Part shown: positions 21,101-31,021 of the stretch, one piece after another
Numbering within the stretch: position 1 is the first letter of the stretch
How the letters are laid out: every line of letters starts with the position of its first letter
Program-made: the position numbers and the translations under genes
Notes under the pieces: generated by a model
Database searches by the model: none
Told to the model about the DNA's origin: nothing
Seen by the model: the letters and a program-made list of their open reading frames with translations, nothing else
IMG/VR virus record: IMGVR_UViG_3300020438_000022
Direction: 5' to 3' (one strand)
Length of the DNA stretch: 64,000 nt
From: an uncultured virus (IMG/VR IMGVR_UViG_3300020438_000022)
Taxonomy: Duplodnaviria > Heunggongvirae > Uroviricota > Caudoviricetes

Positions 21101-24100
21101 ACATAATCTAAATACGGATAATTTACCCAAGGACCATAAACATACTGATTAGATTTAATTGGGATACCAGCAAATATAGGATGAGCAGCTCTAGGAGCTA
21201 TTTCTACTTTTTGTGAAGCACTATTAGATCTCTTAGCATAAAGTCCTGCGGCAAAATCTTCCCAGTTGCCAGCTCCAGGTATCTTTATCATAGGCTGAAC
21301 CTGACTTAATAAGCCGTAAACCCAATTGTAATCAGGCTCGCTTGATATTCTTAAATGTACCGCAATATCTTCTATAGCACTATTAGCAGCAACAGTTCTA
21401 TTAGGATCTTGGTTGTATTTACTAGCAGAGCTTGTTAAATTAATTCCCGGAGCATCAATGATTACTTTCGGAAATTCAAAGGTGTTAGGTTTTAAAAAGT
21501 ATACCTGCTCATCTATTTGAGAGTTTATATAAAGTTTTTTTCGATTACCCCCCAAACCCAAATTACCATAAGCATCTGTTCCTACAGCCGGAGAGCCAAG
21601 AGTAATAGGATTGTGATTATTAAAACTTCTTAAGTCTAAAGGACTGCTTGATGTAGATATTGTATCAACTGTTACAAAATTGCTTTTGTCTAAACTACTA
21701 ATATCTAAAAGAGGAAAACGAAAATCTGTACTTACACAATCAAGTCTGGCTTGTTCTAATAAGGTTATGTAGCTATCATAATCCCAAGCAGGATTGCTCC
21801 ACTCACCTTTTTTGTACGCACTTGCTCTATCTTTTAATCCTTGGCAAACATTTTTTCTTAAAAAATCAAAATAATCATTATTATTATATCCAAGAATTGG
21901 TTGTATCTTTCCTTCGTTATTTACTAAATTTAACCATTTACTACCACCAACTACAATAGTATCGTCAATAAAATTACCATACTCTTCCCAAGCTCCATCA
22001 TTTACTGGATCAAAATTATACTTTGAATCACCAGGACCATTAAAAACAAAAACCGCACCCTGACTAGTAGATAAAGATTGTCCACTCCACACTCTTTCTT
22101 TATATGACTCTAAATATGGTAAGCCCACCATGTATTTTTTACCATAAAATCTACCAATATTAGCAATAAATTTATGTAAAACTTGAAGATCTTTCAAAGC
22201 GTCTTCCGAAATATTATTTTCTGATTCTTGTATATCAGCAGCAAAAAAACTAGGCCTAGGACCGTGGGCGTCTATTGCAGCAGCGGTTCCTCTGTTATCC
22301 CAGTACCATTTCACTTTTTCTTCTGCAATACGATTGGCATCGGCGCTTTGTGCTCCGTTAGCTACTAAAGCTTGGGCTATACGTATTTTGTATGCTCGTC
22401 TAACCATTTCTAGTAAATCTGGCTTATAATATTTAGATAAACTATAGACTAAAAAACTATCAAAACTTGTAATCGCAGCACGAATTTCGGACTCTGTTAG
22501 AATAAAATAATCTTCTGTATTACTTGATCCCGTAGAATTAAAACAAGCTGAACCAGCATCTGCATTTAATGCAAAAGTCACAGTCACTTCTTCTCCAGGC
22601 TTGTATTCAAAGCCATTAGCTTGTACAGACACTCGTCCGCCAATTACACTGACTCTAGGATTAGATATACCAGAACCTCCAGTGATTGTTACAGATGGAG
22701 TACCATTTATATTTTGTCCAGCGTTAGTCATATTAACACTTAAGGTGCCATCATCTTTTACTACAGCTCTAGCTGTTGGCATGCTTTGTCCTGCTGCACT
22801 GGCACATCTACTAGATTTATCATATGTTTTATCATAGATAGGAGATAATGGAACATTAGTTTCAGGTAGTTCTGATAATCTAATCACTATAACGACTTGT
22901 CCCGTCCATGTATCAAACCACACAGGTCGAATTTTTTTATTTTCTCCTAGTCCAACATCAGCTTCTTCTTCCTGAACAAAACCAAAAAAAGGACATATAG
23001 TATCTAAATGCAGAGGAAACCATCTGTCCGTAGCTGCGATATCTCCATGAACAAGAGATTGAGTCGGATTATAATTACCATAATAAACGTCCGTGTCTCC
23101 TCCTAATATTTTATCACCATCACCAGAAATAGGGTCCATGGCAGAAAAATTATTTTGAAGTTCATCTTCATCATCTAAAATTTCTGAATAAGCTGTAGAA
23201 TTTAATAATTGGTTTCTGGTTGTAAGAAAATTAGGAAATCTAATTTTACCATGTCCAAAGGCATCAACAGATTTTGGACTGACAACGGTGCCTTGTGTGA
23301 TGTAATTTACAAAATTACCTGTCTCATTATCAAAAATAAAATTAGCTTGAGTGTAGCCAAGTCTATAGCTTTTAGTTTGATATAGTCTTTGTTGAGGTCC
23401 ACCAATAAGCATAGCTCGTGTATTAGATTCATTTTTTTCTTTACCTATTGTATTGGCGGTAATTGCATAATTATTACATTCAAAAGTCTTTATGGTATTT
23501 TCTATTTGATTGGTAGTTGGTTGAGATAATCTAGAAATAGTTTTTACTTTAATAACAAATTTTTGACTAGTATCATAAATAGGTACACAATCAATAAAAA
23601 CATCTACCCCTGTTTCTTCTGCTACAGTATTAATTAAATCCATAATACTAACAACAGGGCCTTTTATTCTTAAATCTGCATAAGGAACAGATAATTCTGA
23701 TAAATCTAATAAAAATTCTGGATACCCACTACTGCCCAAAGGTATAAAACCATGTTGAGAAAATGTCGGGAAGGTGTTGTTGTCGCTAGCAGAACCAGAT
23801 ATTCCTGATTCAGATCTAGTGATAGTGCTTTTAAAATCTAAAATAGGAGCTTTGGTAATAATTCTACCAAATTGATTAAATGCTCTTTTAGGAGCATAAG
23901 AATCATTAGGTGTCCAATCAATAAAGTCAGAGGCATTTTTAGTAGAAGTCATTGCACTCAACGCAGATATAATCTGACCTGCCTGCATACCCTCTTCTGT
24001 ATTTCTAGCTCCTCCAAAAAAACCAGGTTGTAACGATTCCATAAATCCATATACATTAAATACATTATGTAAAGCACCTTGATTGACTCCTCCAACATAA

Positions 24101-24774
24101 TCACCAGCACTACCTAGATAGTTTTTTGGCGAACCATATAATGATCCTGAATTTTTACTAAATAAAGAACCTATATATTTGTCCACAATAACGTAAGAAG
24201 AATTTAAAATAGAAGACATACCGTCTATAGTGACAGTATAATTTTTACCACCTTGGTCTAAATTACGTTTCCAAGATTGCACGACACCTATAAAATTAAA
24301 ATCTTTCATTTTAAAAAATATAGGAGCACCAATAATATCATACTGATATCTTACGTCTGAACTTTGAGAATCACTACCATCCAATCCGATTCTAGTTTGT
24401 CTACCAAAAAAACCTGGGTCTGGAGTAGTCCAGTATTGTGATTGAGGTCCACTAGATCCATTAAAAGAATAATAAACTTTTCCTGGTATCATTCTATCTG
24501 TAACTGCATGTACGCTACGATCATAAGTACTACCATCTGCTACAGCGTAACAGGAATCACCGCTACAAGTATCATAATGACCAGGACTATAAGCACTAGC
24601 GCCAAATTGAGAGATGTTAACAGGACACGCTGTCTCATCCTCTACTAAATTAACTGTTAGTTGCGAAGGCTGAGAACCCCATCCTATGCTATTAGTAAAG
24701 CTAGTTACACTAGCTCCTAAAAACATTGTTTGCGCTATTATTTTGTCGTCATTTGAGCAAGGGGCTGTGGGCAT
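18160..24774 (-). CDS. large tail-tip/baseplate-hub-like protein
   Basis: 2204-aa ORF. N-terminal FLGASVTSFTNSIGWGSQPSQLTVNLVED and later ITNISTSFGEGGITTTYSFRT are hub-like strands. Position downstream of the tape measure. Confidence 0.6.
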   Translation of the reverse strand: MPTAPCSNDDKIIAQTMFLGASVTSFTNSIGWGSQPSQLTVNLVEDETACPVNISQFGASAYSPGHYDTCSGDSCYAVADGSTYDRSVHAVTDRMIPGKVYYSFNGSSGPQSQYWTTPDPGFFGRQTRIGLDGSDSQSSDVRYQYDIIGAPIFFKMKDFNFIGVVQSWKRNLDQGGKNYTVTIDGMSSILNSSYVIVDKYIGSLFSKNSGSLYGSPKNYLGSAGDYVGGVNQGALHNVFNVYGFMESLQPGFFGGARNTEEGMQAGQIISALSAMTSTKNASDFIDWTPNDSYAPKRAFNQFGRIITKAPILDFKSTITRSESGISGSASDNNTFPTFSQHGFIPLGSSGYPEFLLDLSELSVPYADLRIKGPVVSIMDLINTVAEETGVDVFIDCVPIYDTSQKFVIKVKTISRLSQPTTNQIENTIKTFECNNYAITANTIGKEKNESNTRAMLIGGPQQRLYQTKSYRLGYTQANFIFDNETGNFVNYITQGTVVSPKSVDAFGHGKIRFPNFLTTRNQLLNSTAYSEILDDEDELQNNFSAMDPISGDGDKILGGDTDVYYGNYNPTQSLVHGDIAATDRWFPLHLDTICPFFGFVQEEEADVGLGENKKIRPVWFDTWTGQVVIVIRLSELPETNVPLSPIYDKTYDKSSRCASAAGQSMPTARAVVKDDGTLSVNMTNAGQNINGTPSVTITGGSGISNPRVSVIGGRVSVQANGFEYKPGEEVTVTFALNADAGSACFNSTGSSNTEDYFILTESEIRAAITSFDSFLVYSLSKYYKPDLLEMVRRAYKIRIAQALVANGAQSADANRIAEEKVKWYWDNRGTAAAIDAHGPRPSFFAADIQESENNISEDALKDLQVLHKFIANIGRFYGKKYMVGLPYLESYKERVWSGQSLSTSQGAVFVFNGPGDSKYNFDPVNDGAWEEYGNFIDDTIVVGGSKWLNLVNNEGKIQPILGYNNNDYFDFLRKNVCQGLKDRASAYKKGEWSNPAWDYDSYITLLEQARLDCVSTDFRFPLLDISSLDKSNFVTVDTISTSSSPLDLRSFNNHNPITLGSPAVGTDAYGNLGLGGNRKKLYINSQIDEQVYFLKPNTFEFPKVIIDAPGINLTSSASKYNQDPNRTVAANSAIEDIAVHLRISSEPDYNWVYGLLSQVQPMIKIPGAGNWEDFAAGLYAKRSNSASQKVEIAPRAAHPIFAGIPIKSNQYVYGPWVNYPYLDYVNTPASFLPTGKAILQTNDIPPQCSNSIPLTDRSNDANVLSNWINDISIEYKEDLVPWNYGGVCNLDKVALNDLATKVQYQPVIETAQVQIPGLPIFNLANPFSYNNIGQMLYTAATDDFIYTDVKIQNRLDPLQYAIAKNDSSAIGQISSLPNTPTATTSSKTFKVTKLISTNAISSGPIITNISTSFGEGGITTTYSFRTYTRALGLFNKIENQKFRKAFKQNIQTAKVVSELSRKLNNSRKQQLKTLDDSRLDSTTFSSKDFKTQLHGWSPGLVLVGRSAPFIDPIRDPDTMSSNDTNTLQSNPGNFESQDYSAKSWKVAGKKAVDDSVDDADKDQEDTAGLTKLDSSSSVRNLHYHSRMKTQVGLYEQKDAHAEMNAQYGLKSVMSLDGLLSPVSFYPTLHNSTFNFSKYETSTCPFCQGTKERKVQISVYDADNPASTSSATQTVYCDKCVSNQQKLNASLKSSTTSQGGGGISLDVLPPYIVTDQTDLETLLTFNNTGGAVTTASAPAQDSGDSGGSSGVDIPINLVTLNPIVVSQGEFKNANHQNYIGAHPNDAHDSFELEDGEQREFRDRLKHCIEIVGRGSVDPGNNTYRLATSRNLKIKDNLNRNANKYYNLDYAQYDLMLQDLQRTGNGEVDYTAPEMNQRFFGLRGPIVMHGWGYDTQGYPVPNAADEPYETDEHGNPRRFKIKKETANNTAKYKTLKVGDAYSRDESGSPLFTKTINGVGEPSSLTDESDIYKVTIEDDMEDSDTYYTQDDLGSGELGSIISKTQKFENGKWTKKTKLKEFYLNWAEHPELWPVGPIDLRWDASRKIWVTSSGSSGTTYKMVYVTLEQDLITEDDNFVETYPTRGFLDDVEYSGLDTDELETGFRRLVYVKDRSGFTAPRGTKLLCRYDRESGFYEPVSKPTIMTTGTIIDSQKARLELTYVQGRTSRQIPTYVVSYDNSKLNFTVSKGQTGMFTFIGGRWTLTSAN

Positions 24775-24782
24775 ATTAAATC

Positions 24783-26750
24783 CTAATTATCTAAATAGGT
24801 TCTTGTATTACTGCAAGGTTGGTATAACCATGTAACAGTTTTAGAAAACCTTCCTTGTGTAGCATTCCATTGTTCCTCATCTCTTTTTATATACACCTGA
24901 CCTGCATCATTCACTATAGAGCTTCTTTGGTCAAAATTACCAAATAAATTCTGAGGTCTATCTCCATAAGGTTGTAAACCTGAAAATAAAGATTTTATAC
25001 TGTTATATAATTCACCTTGATGATACAAAGGACATTTATTGCTAGTTCTAACAACACCATCTATACTGCTAGGAGGCATCACACTAATTTCTAGAGTTGC
25101 AGTTTGTTCCGTACTAGTTCTAGATCCTAGATTCTGTATCACAGGACCTAGTCTTCGTCCTAATACAAAAGCTTCGTTAACTACATCTGAAGGACCTTTC
25201 ACATCAACACTTAAATTTTCATTTAAAACACCGCTTAAGTAACTAAATCGATTATCAAATTGATAATTATACTGCAAACTACCTTTTTGCATATTGTGGG
25301 TTTCGCTAGTGGAAACAGGTATTGCATTTAAAGGATGTTCTTTACTAAAAATAGGATTACGTTGATTGTGAGCATTACTTGGTTGATAATAGTCTGTTGT
25401 ACGCTCTATGCTACCTAAAACTGACGAAGCTCTACGATACATATAAGGTTTAATGTCTTCTATCCATCCATTCAGAGCTGTTGCATACCTATTTGAAGAT
25501 AATGATTGAGTACTAGCAGTTCCATTAGGATTAGTAGGTCCTACTGAAGGGTCAGATGCGCTGCCATTGGAGATAGATAAATCTAAATTTATTGAACCGC
25601 CACTTTCTTGGACATAACCTGAACCGTTTTTCATACTACTAAAACTATTCAAGTTAGAAACCTTTAACCCTTTAATTTCTCCTTGTACACTAACTGTTTT
25701 TATATGATTTTCATCTGTAGAAGATTCTATAGTGTAATCTTCTAAATAACTAACTGCAGAAGGCATAGCTAACCAGGTATCAACAATACTGTAAGTACCT
25801 TGACCAATACTAAAATTAACCGATCTTAAGTGATTGTACAAAAAAGTATTTTTGTCCATAGTGTTTATATTTGATATTGAATCTGTTGCTGCAGCAGGTA
25901 TGAAACTATTTACAGATCCGCTAAAAGCTGTTACGGCAGTACTCTCAACCCATGCCTTAGCCATTAGGTAAGCATTGTTTGTTGCTGGATTACCTGTACC
26001 ACTAGGTACCCCAGCAGCAGATAATGTTCTACTAATTTTAAATCTAGGTATATCTACTACAGTAAGACCTCCACCCCCGTCACCAAAATCACCTCCACCT
26101 AATCCATTAGCTGGTTGTGGTGCAGATGCGCTGGGAGCGGTCGGTTTTAATTTAGGATTATGAGTTTCTGAGCCAGGTATGTTTAATCCAGTAGTATAAC
26201 TAGTATATTGATATTCTTCTAAAGGTTCTATAGACCATTGATGGGTAGTAGATTTTACATAAGATAATTTATTATCATTGCCTGTTTCTACGTATTCCAG
26301 AACGGCATTAAATGGCACTGTCTGTATCCAATTATCTGTACTTTTTTCAAAATTTAAAGATACAAGTCTTACTCCACTAGCTTTAAATATTTCGGCACTA
26401 TCACACTTTACTTTTAAAACATCGTTATATGTTGCAAAATCTCCTGTTGGAGAACTAAATAAATCTTTTAAAGCTTCTACAGCTCCCATGATAGAAGTCA
26501 AACCAGTACCTGGTGGAGTTAGTCCAGTATCTACTCCATTCCTAACAATAGTACCTTCAAGATTTACATTAACAGTGGTACTTTGGATTTCTCTATTCTC
26601 ATTAAGATTCGAAGTTCTATTAAAAGTAATATATGGAGTAGCACCAGTAATTTTATGCAGACCTGTACCAGCGTAAATAACTTCTACAGGCTTAGTGGCT
26701 TCTTCTTGTGCGCGATATATATTATCTTGTGTAAATAATTCATAGGGCAT
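24783..26750 (-). CDS. tail-associated structural protein (distal-tail-like)
   Basis: 655-aa beta-rich ORF immediately upstream of the hub-like gene. The call is positional. Confidence 0.5.
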   Translation of the reverse strand: MPYELFTQDNIYRAQEEATKPVEVIYAGTGLHKITGATPYITFNRTSNLNENREIQSTTVNVNLEGTIVRNGVDTGLTPPGTGLTSIMGAVEALKDLFSSPTGDFATYNDVLKVKCDSAEIFKASGVRLVSLNFEKSTDNWIQTVPFNAVLEYVETGNDNKLSYVKSTTHQWSIEPLEEYQYTSYTTGLNIPGSETHNPKLKPTAPSASAPQPANGLGGGDFGDGGGGLTVVDIPRFKISRTLSAAGVPSGTGNPATNNAYLMAKAWVESTAVTAFSGSVNSFIPAAATDSISNINTMDKNTFLYNHLRSVNFSIGQGTYSIVDTWLAMPSAVSYLEDYTIESSTDENHIKTVSVQGEIKGLKVSNLNSFSSMKNGSGYVQESGGSINLDLSISNGSASDPSVGPTNPNGTASTQSLSSNRYATALNGWIEDIKPYMYRRASSVLGSIERTTDYYQPSNAHNQRNPIFSKEHPLNAIPVSTSETHNMQKGSLQYNYQFDNRFSYLSGVLNENLSVDVKGPSDVVNEAFVLGRRLGPVIQNLGSRTSTEQTATLEISVMPPSSIDGVVRTSNKCPLYHQGELYNSIKSLFSGLQPYGDRPQNLFGNFDQRSSIVNDAGQVYIKRDEEQWNATQGRFSKTVTWLYQPCSNTRTYLDN

Positions 26751-28073
26751 TTATATAACTTCTCCAATTAAAGATTCTGAATGAGGCAAAGAATATATAT
26801 TAGCTGTATTGAGCTTTATCAACATATAATGATCTGATGAAGCAGAAATACTTGATATATTTGTATCTGGACTAATGTTTTGTAAATCAGCCTTTATATG
26901 AACTCCATCATAAGATACGGGAGTTATGTAGTATACCTTAGTGTCGAAGCCTACATATAATGCTGTTCTAAATGTAGCATTTGGGTATTTTTGACAAGAA
27001 ACCCTAAACCCTTTAACGAACTCTAAAGTATTGCTATCTATTATTGGCATAGGAGTTTCTATTGTTTGTAGTGTTCCTTCATTGTCATAGAAAGTACCCC
27101 ACATAAAAAAACTATAATCTTTTAATATGGCTATATTTAAATCATTACCTGTACTCAAATATCTTACTCTTTGACCAGTTTCTACACGTTCTGTAACCAA
27201 AGGGTCTCCAGTTCTACCTAAAATATGTGGTGTTCCTGAAGTAGGATTGGTAGTATCTTGTACTCCTCCCCAACTATAAAGATCACCTAAGCTATCAATA
27301 GCAAAACAAGAATGGAATGAAGAATTGGTATAGATATGCGTTGCATTACTTACTCCAGAAACTACAGCTGCTTGATGATGCACATCAGTATCTTGTATAC
27401 TATTATTACCTAATTGTCCAACATTATTTCTGCCCCAGGCCCAAACATTACCGTCAGAGCCAATAGCTAAAGAATGAAACTCCCCGGCTTCTACTTCGGC
27501 ACCAATTAAATGTACACCTCCTGTTAGAGCAACTTGAGTGAATGATGCAGACTGTGCTGTGTGACCAGTTGATCCATAATTAAAATCATTAGAAAATCCA
27601 TACACAGCGCCGGTAGTACTTATCACTAGACTATGGTTTTCGTTGGTTGCTATTCTGTTCCATGTTGTAGAATCAGCGATATCTACAGTTAATTTAGTTG
27701 CAGTGTCTACGTAGACACCAGACTGACTTAATGTATCGTCATTAGTTCCCATGTAGTATATATCGCCATTATGTAATACAGCGCTATGCTCTCTACTAGT
27801 TTTAATAATAGTAGTAGCATTAGCGTCAAGAATTTTGTTTGGATACGTAACAGTTGGGGAAGTTGTACCTGCTCCCACCTGACCCTGATCATTAGCACCC
27901 CAAGCATATACTCCATCAATAGAAACATTAGCAGGAGTCACAACAGGTGTAGGAGTAGGAGTAACAGAAGGTACTGTAGGAACAATAAGATTATCTTGGC
28001 ATCGTTTAACAACTAATCGATCTGATGCGCTTTGAGGTCCTAGATTACTAGAAAAACTACTGATTGGTGGCAT
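26751..28073 (-). CDS. RCC1-repeat beta-propeller protein
   Basis: VYAWGANDQGQVG, AGEFHSLAIGSDGNVWAWGRNNVGQLG, GDLYSWGG. Short N-terminal TPTPTP linker. Confidence 0.88.
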   Translation of the reverse strand: MPPISSFSSNLGPQSASDRLVVKRCQDNLIVPTVPSVTPTPTPVVTPANVSIDGVYAWGANDQGQVGAGTTSPTVTYPNKILDANATTIIKTSREHSAVLHNGDIYYMGTNDDTLSQSGVYVDTATKLTVDIADSTTWNRIATNENHSLVISTTGAVYGFSNDFNYGSTGHTAQSASFTQVALTGGVHLIGAEVEAGEFHSLAIGSDGNVWAWGRNNVGQLGNNSIQDTDVHHQAAVVSGVSNATHIYTNSSFHSCFAIDSLGDLYSWGGVQDTTNPTSGTPHILGRTGDPLVTERVETGQRVRYLSTGNDLNIAILKDYSFFMWGTFYDNEGTLQTIETPMPIIDSNTLEFVKGFRVSCQKYPNATFRTALYVGFDTKVYYITPVSYDGVHIKADLQNISPDTNISSISASSDHYMLIKLNTANIYSLPHSESLIGEVI

Positions 28074-28100
28074 CCTTTAAACTCCTTGTATTGCTTTAAA

Positions 28101-29672
28101 TTAACATGTAGGATCACAAGTAATAGTTAAACTATCCATTGCACTAATATTAGAGTCTACATGTGTAACAGCAATAGTTATAATACCCATCTCGTTTTGA
28201 TCTAATGTAGTAGACATAATAGTATTAATTCTATTAGCCGTACTTGATGTTGAGCCAAAATATACTGTGCCTTGATTTGGTACAAATTTAATTTTATCGT
28301 TAGTGGATGTAATAGTATAAGTATATGCATCTCCAAGATAAACATTAGTAACAGTTGCTGATAAAGAAGTAGTTCCATTACAACAAGTTTCAACTAAATC
28401 TTTTTTTACGGTAGTACTACTAATATTAGTATTGCCAGCACTAGCCCATTGTGGATTAGGATATTTGAAAGCAGGTAAACAGCCATCACATTCAATATGC
28501 AAATTCTCACTAGTAATTGTTTCGTTATCACAACTAGTGTCAATAAGATTAATAGCCAAAGTAGTGTGTAGCAACTTATCTGTCATTTGTTTTTCTAGAT
28601 TTGATCCATAGTTATATGCTGTATATCCAAGTAAACCAGGTGTACCCTGCGGACAAAGAGCCGCGCTGTCGCAGAATAGTATTCTGTGTGTAGAGGAATA
28701 TTCTGTATCTGTAGCAATAAATGTACCTTGAGTTGGAGTTAATATCGTAGGCCATGTTGAACCACGATTTGTAAAATTGTAAGTATATGTTCTGCCTGGA
28801 GTTAAATTCCTAAAAGCAAAACTAATATCAGCAGCATTACTAGAGCTTAATCTTAGATTATTGTTGGTAGCAATTGTAGGCTGAGTTAAACAATTATTAC
28901 AATAAGTTGTAATTTTTTCACTATGAAAAGTCTTACCAGCATACAAGCTACAGTCTTTAGCACTAATTTCTACTCTTAAACATCTATAAATATTAGATTT
29001 ATCAGCACACGAGATTGCACCATGCGATAAATATCCAGGCAAGGTACTAGGACAAGCATTAGCAGAAGAACAAAAATGAAGCTTATGGGGAATCGTATAT
29101 TCTGTACCAGTAACAGTAAAGTCTCCTCCAGTAGGAGTAATTAATTGTGCTGGCCAGTTACCTCCTGCATCAACAACCTTATATGTATACTGAGCACCAG
29201 GATTTAAATTAGTAATTTTTGTAGTAAATTCTCTATGATCATTACCATTACCAGTTAATCTCAAAATTGGGGTAGGGGTAGATCCAGTACCTTGGTTGGT
29301 TGTTTCTATAGCAATACCTGTTGGAAAACCACTGGCTTCTACTAAAATATTAGGCGCATATACTTTTGAGTCATCTGCTATTCTAGTTAACTCTAAGCCA
29401 ACATTAGTAAATATGTTATTATTAGAAGTTCCACAATTATAACCAACAGAATACTCTAACACTTTAGGGTCTGTTGGAGGACACACTCCTGTATAATTAC
29501 AAAAAGCTATATTAGTATGTATGAATTCTTCACCTGATTGAGCTGTGAAAGTTCCCGACAAAGGTTCAGCAACTGCAGGCCAGTTACCTCCTTGTCCAAC
29601 AATTTTATAATTATAGTCTTGTCTTCTACTTAGACCTTTTAAAGCAAACTGGATGTTTTGATTATATGACAT
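28101..29672 (-). CDS. Cys-rich repeat virion protein (three 'NWP..P.SG.F' modules plus a CC module)
   Basis: Repeats GGNWPAVAEPLSGTF, GGNWPAQLITPTGGDF and GSTWPTILTPTQGTF, each followed by FC.....CP. Confidence 0.75.
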   Translation of the reverse strand: MSYNQNIQFALKGLSRRQDYNYKIVGQGGNWPAVAEPLSGTFTAQSGEEFIHTNIAFCNYTGVCPPTDPKVLEYSVGYNCGTSNNNIFTNVGLELTRIADDSKVYAPNILVEASGFPTGIAIETTNQGTGSTPTPILRLTGNGNDHREFTTKITNLNPGAQYTYKVVDAGGNWPAQLITPTGGDFTVTGTEYTIPHKLHFCSSANACPSTLPGYLSHGAISCADKSNIYRCLRVEISAKDCSLYAGKTFHSEKITTYCNNCLTQPTIATNNNLRLSSSNAADISFAFRNLTPGRTYTYNFTNRGSTWPTILTPTQGTFIATDTEYSSTHRILFCDSAALCPQGTPGLLGYTAYNYGSNLEKQMTDKLLHTTLAINLIDTSCDNETITSENLHIECDGCLPAFKYPNPQWASAGNTNISSTTVKKDLVETCCNGTTSLSATVTNVYLGDAYTYTITSTNDKIKFVPNQGTVYFGSTSSTANRINTIMSTTLDQNEMGIITIAVTHVDSNISAMDSLTITCDPTC

Positions 29673-29685
29673 GTTTTATGCGCCT

Positions 29686-30969
29686 TTATAGACAATCTTG
29701 ACAATAAACGGTAAATGGGTTACTAACTGCAGTTTCTGTGCCGTCTTCAGAACTTACAACTAGCTCTACAGTAGTAAATAAATTAGATAAGTCTGGTCCA
29801 GAGGCTAGGTTGTATGACAAAGATCCATTTTCTGGACAAAGACCTGTACTTAAACAAAAATTAATAGTACTGTTTAATGCAGTTTCTGTATTTAACGAAG
29901 ACAAAGATCCTGACATAGGCGTAGATATTCTTGCTGGCCAATTACCTTCTAAAGATCTATATTCGTAAGTATATTTCTTTTTAGTTTCTATATTTTGCAC
30001 ATTAGCTTTATAAGCGAAGAATCTATTATCTCCAGATACAGGAGCTAAATTTTCAACAACATTATTAGCCGAAATACCACTAGCCGAAATACCACTTAAA
30101 GCAGTATAAAATTGTGCCTCGGTATCTGTGCTAGTTTGTGCAGTGGTGGCTTGTGACGCACTACTTAAAACTCCAATATTGGGTAGGGTAACAGACAATC
30201 TTGGAATACAATCTTTACATCTAATCGTAATACTGTCGCCCTTTACCGAGTCTATTGCATTTGATTTTGGTGTAATTTCTAAATTTACTACAGCATACAA
30301 GTTATTAGAATTTATATCTGAACAGTCTAAGCTATTCTCTGGTATATTACTTTGTTCTCCACATGTTCCAGTACTTTTAATAAAATGAACAATAGAACTT
30401 AATTCTAAATCTTCATCTGACGGTTTAATTACACCAGACATAGGAGATATACTTACAGGCCAGTTAGCCGCATCGCAATTAATAGTATAATCATAATCTT
30501 CAAAAGGTTGCAATCCAGAAACTTTAAATTTTAAATAAGCATAATTATTGGTAGTTAGTACAGCTTCATCCTGACCATCATTAATACTATCAAATGTATC
30601 TGTTAATACAGTTTTAATACTTGGTAATAATGGTTGATCTCTAAATCCAGGAAGTATATTACCATTAATAGGTAAGTTTAAAGGTAATGCATTTTCATCT
30701 CTGGTAATAAAATAATAAGATTTTTTAGGTTCTAATTGTGTTAAAGTTGATTCTGGATTAGGTACAAATACTGTACCACTAAAAACTGTCCAAAAAAGAG
30801 GTATATTCCCTTCAGAATCTTGACTACCATAGATTGTGCTAATATTTTGAATAAATCTATTATAATCAGCATTTTTCCTAGTATCATCTCCAAAAGGAGA
30901 TTCTTCATGTAAAGGCAAAGCCTGAGACCCTGGATAATGTGTTAAAAAATTAGCCGTATTTATTCTCAT
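29686..30969 (-). CDS. Cys-rich repeat virion protein (two 'NWP..P.SG' modules), paralogous to its neighbour
   Basis: AANWPVSISPMSG and EGNWPARISTPMSG modules ending ITIRCKDCIP and TVYCQDCL. Confidence 0.75.
   Translation of the reverse strand: MRINTANFLTHYPGSQALPLHEESPFGDDTRKNADYNRFIQNISTIYGSQDSEGNIPLFWTVFSGTVFVPNPESTLTQLEPKKSYYFITRDENALPLNLPINGNILPGFRDQPLLPSIKTVLTDTFDSINDGQDEAVLTTNNYAYLKFKVSGLQPFEDYDYTINCDAANWPVSISPMSGVIKPSDEDLELSSIVHFIKSTGTCGEQSNIPENSLDCSDINSNNLYAVVNLEITPKSNAIDSVKGDSITIRCKDCIPRLSVTLPNIGVLSSASQATTAQTSTDTEAQFYTALSGISASGISANNVVENLAPVSGDNRFFAYKANVQNIETKKKYTYEYRSLEGNWPARISTPMSGSLSSLNTETALNSTINFCLSTGLCPENGSLSYNLASGPDLSNLFTTVELVVSSEDGTETAVSNPFTVYCQDCL
30066..30095. repeat. perfect 15-bp tandem duplication (encodes SGISA x2)
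   Basis: TAGCCGAAATACCAC twice, at 30066-30080 and 30081-30095. Confidence 0.9.
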
Positions 30970-31005
30970 AATTTATTCCATATTAATAAAATGCTATATA
31001 GTTCA

Positions 31006-31013
31006 TATACACC
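31006..31013 (-). promoter_or_regulatory. candidate phage late promoter motif GGTGTATA
   Basis: Intergenic TATACACC on the + strand, about 37 nt upstream of the start at 30969. The same 8-mer occurs in two other intergenic gaps. Confidence 0.6.
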
Positions 31014-31021
31014 GATTGTTT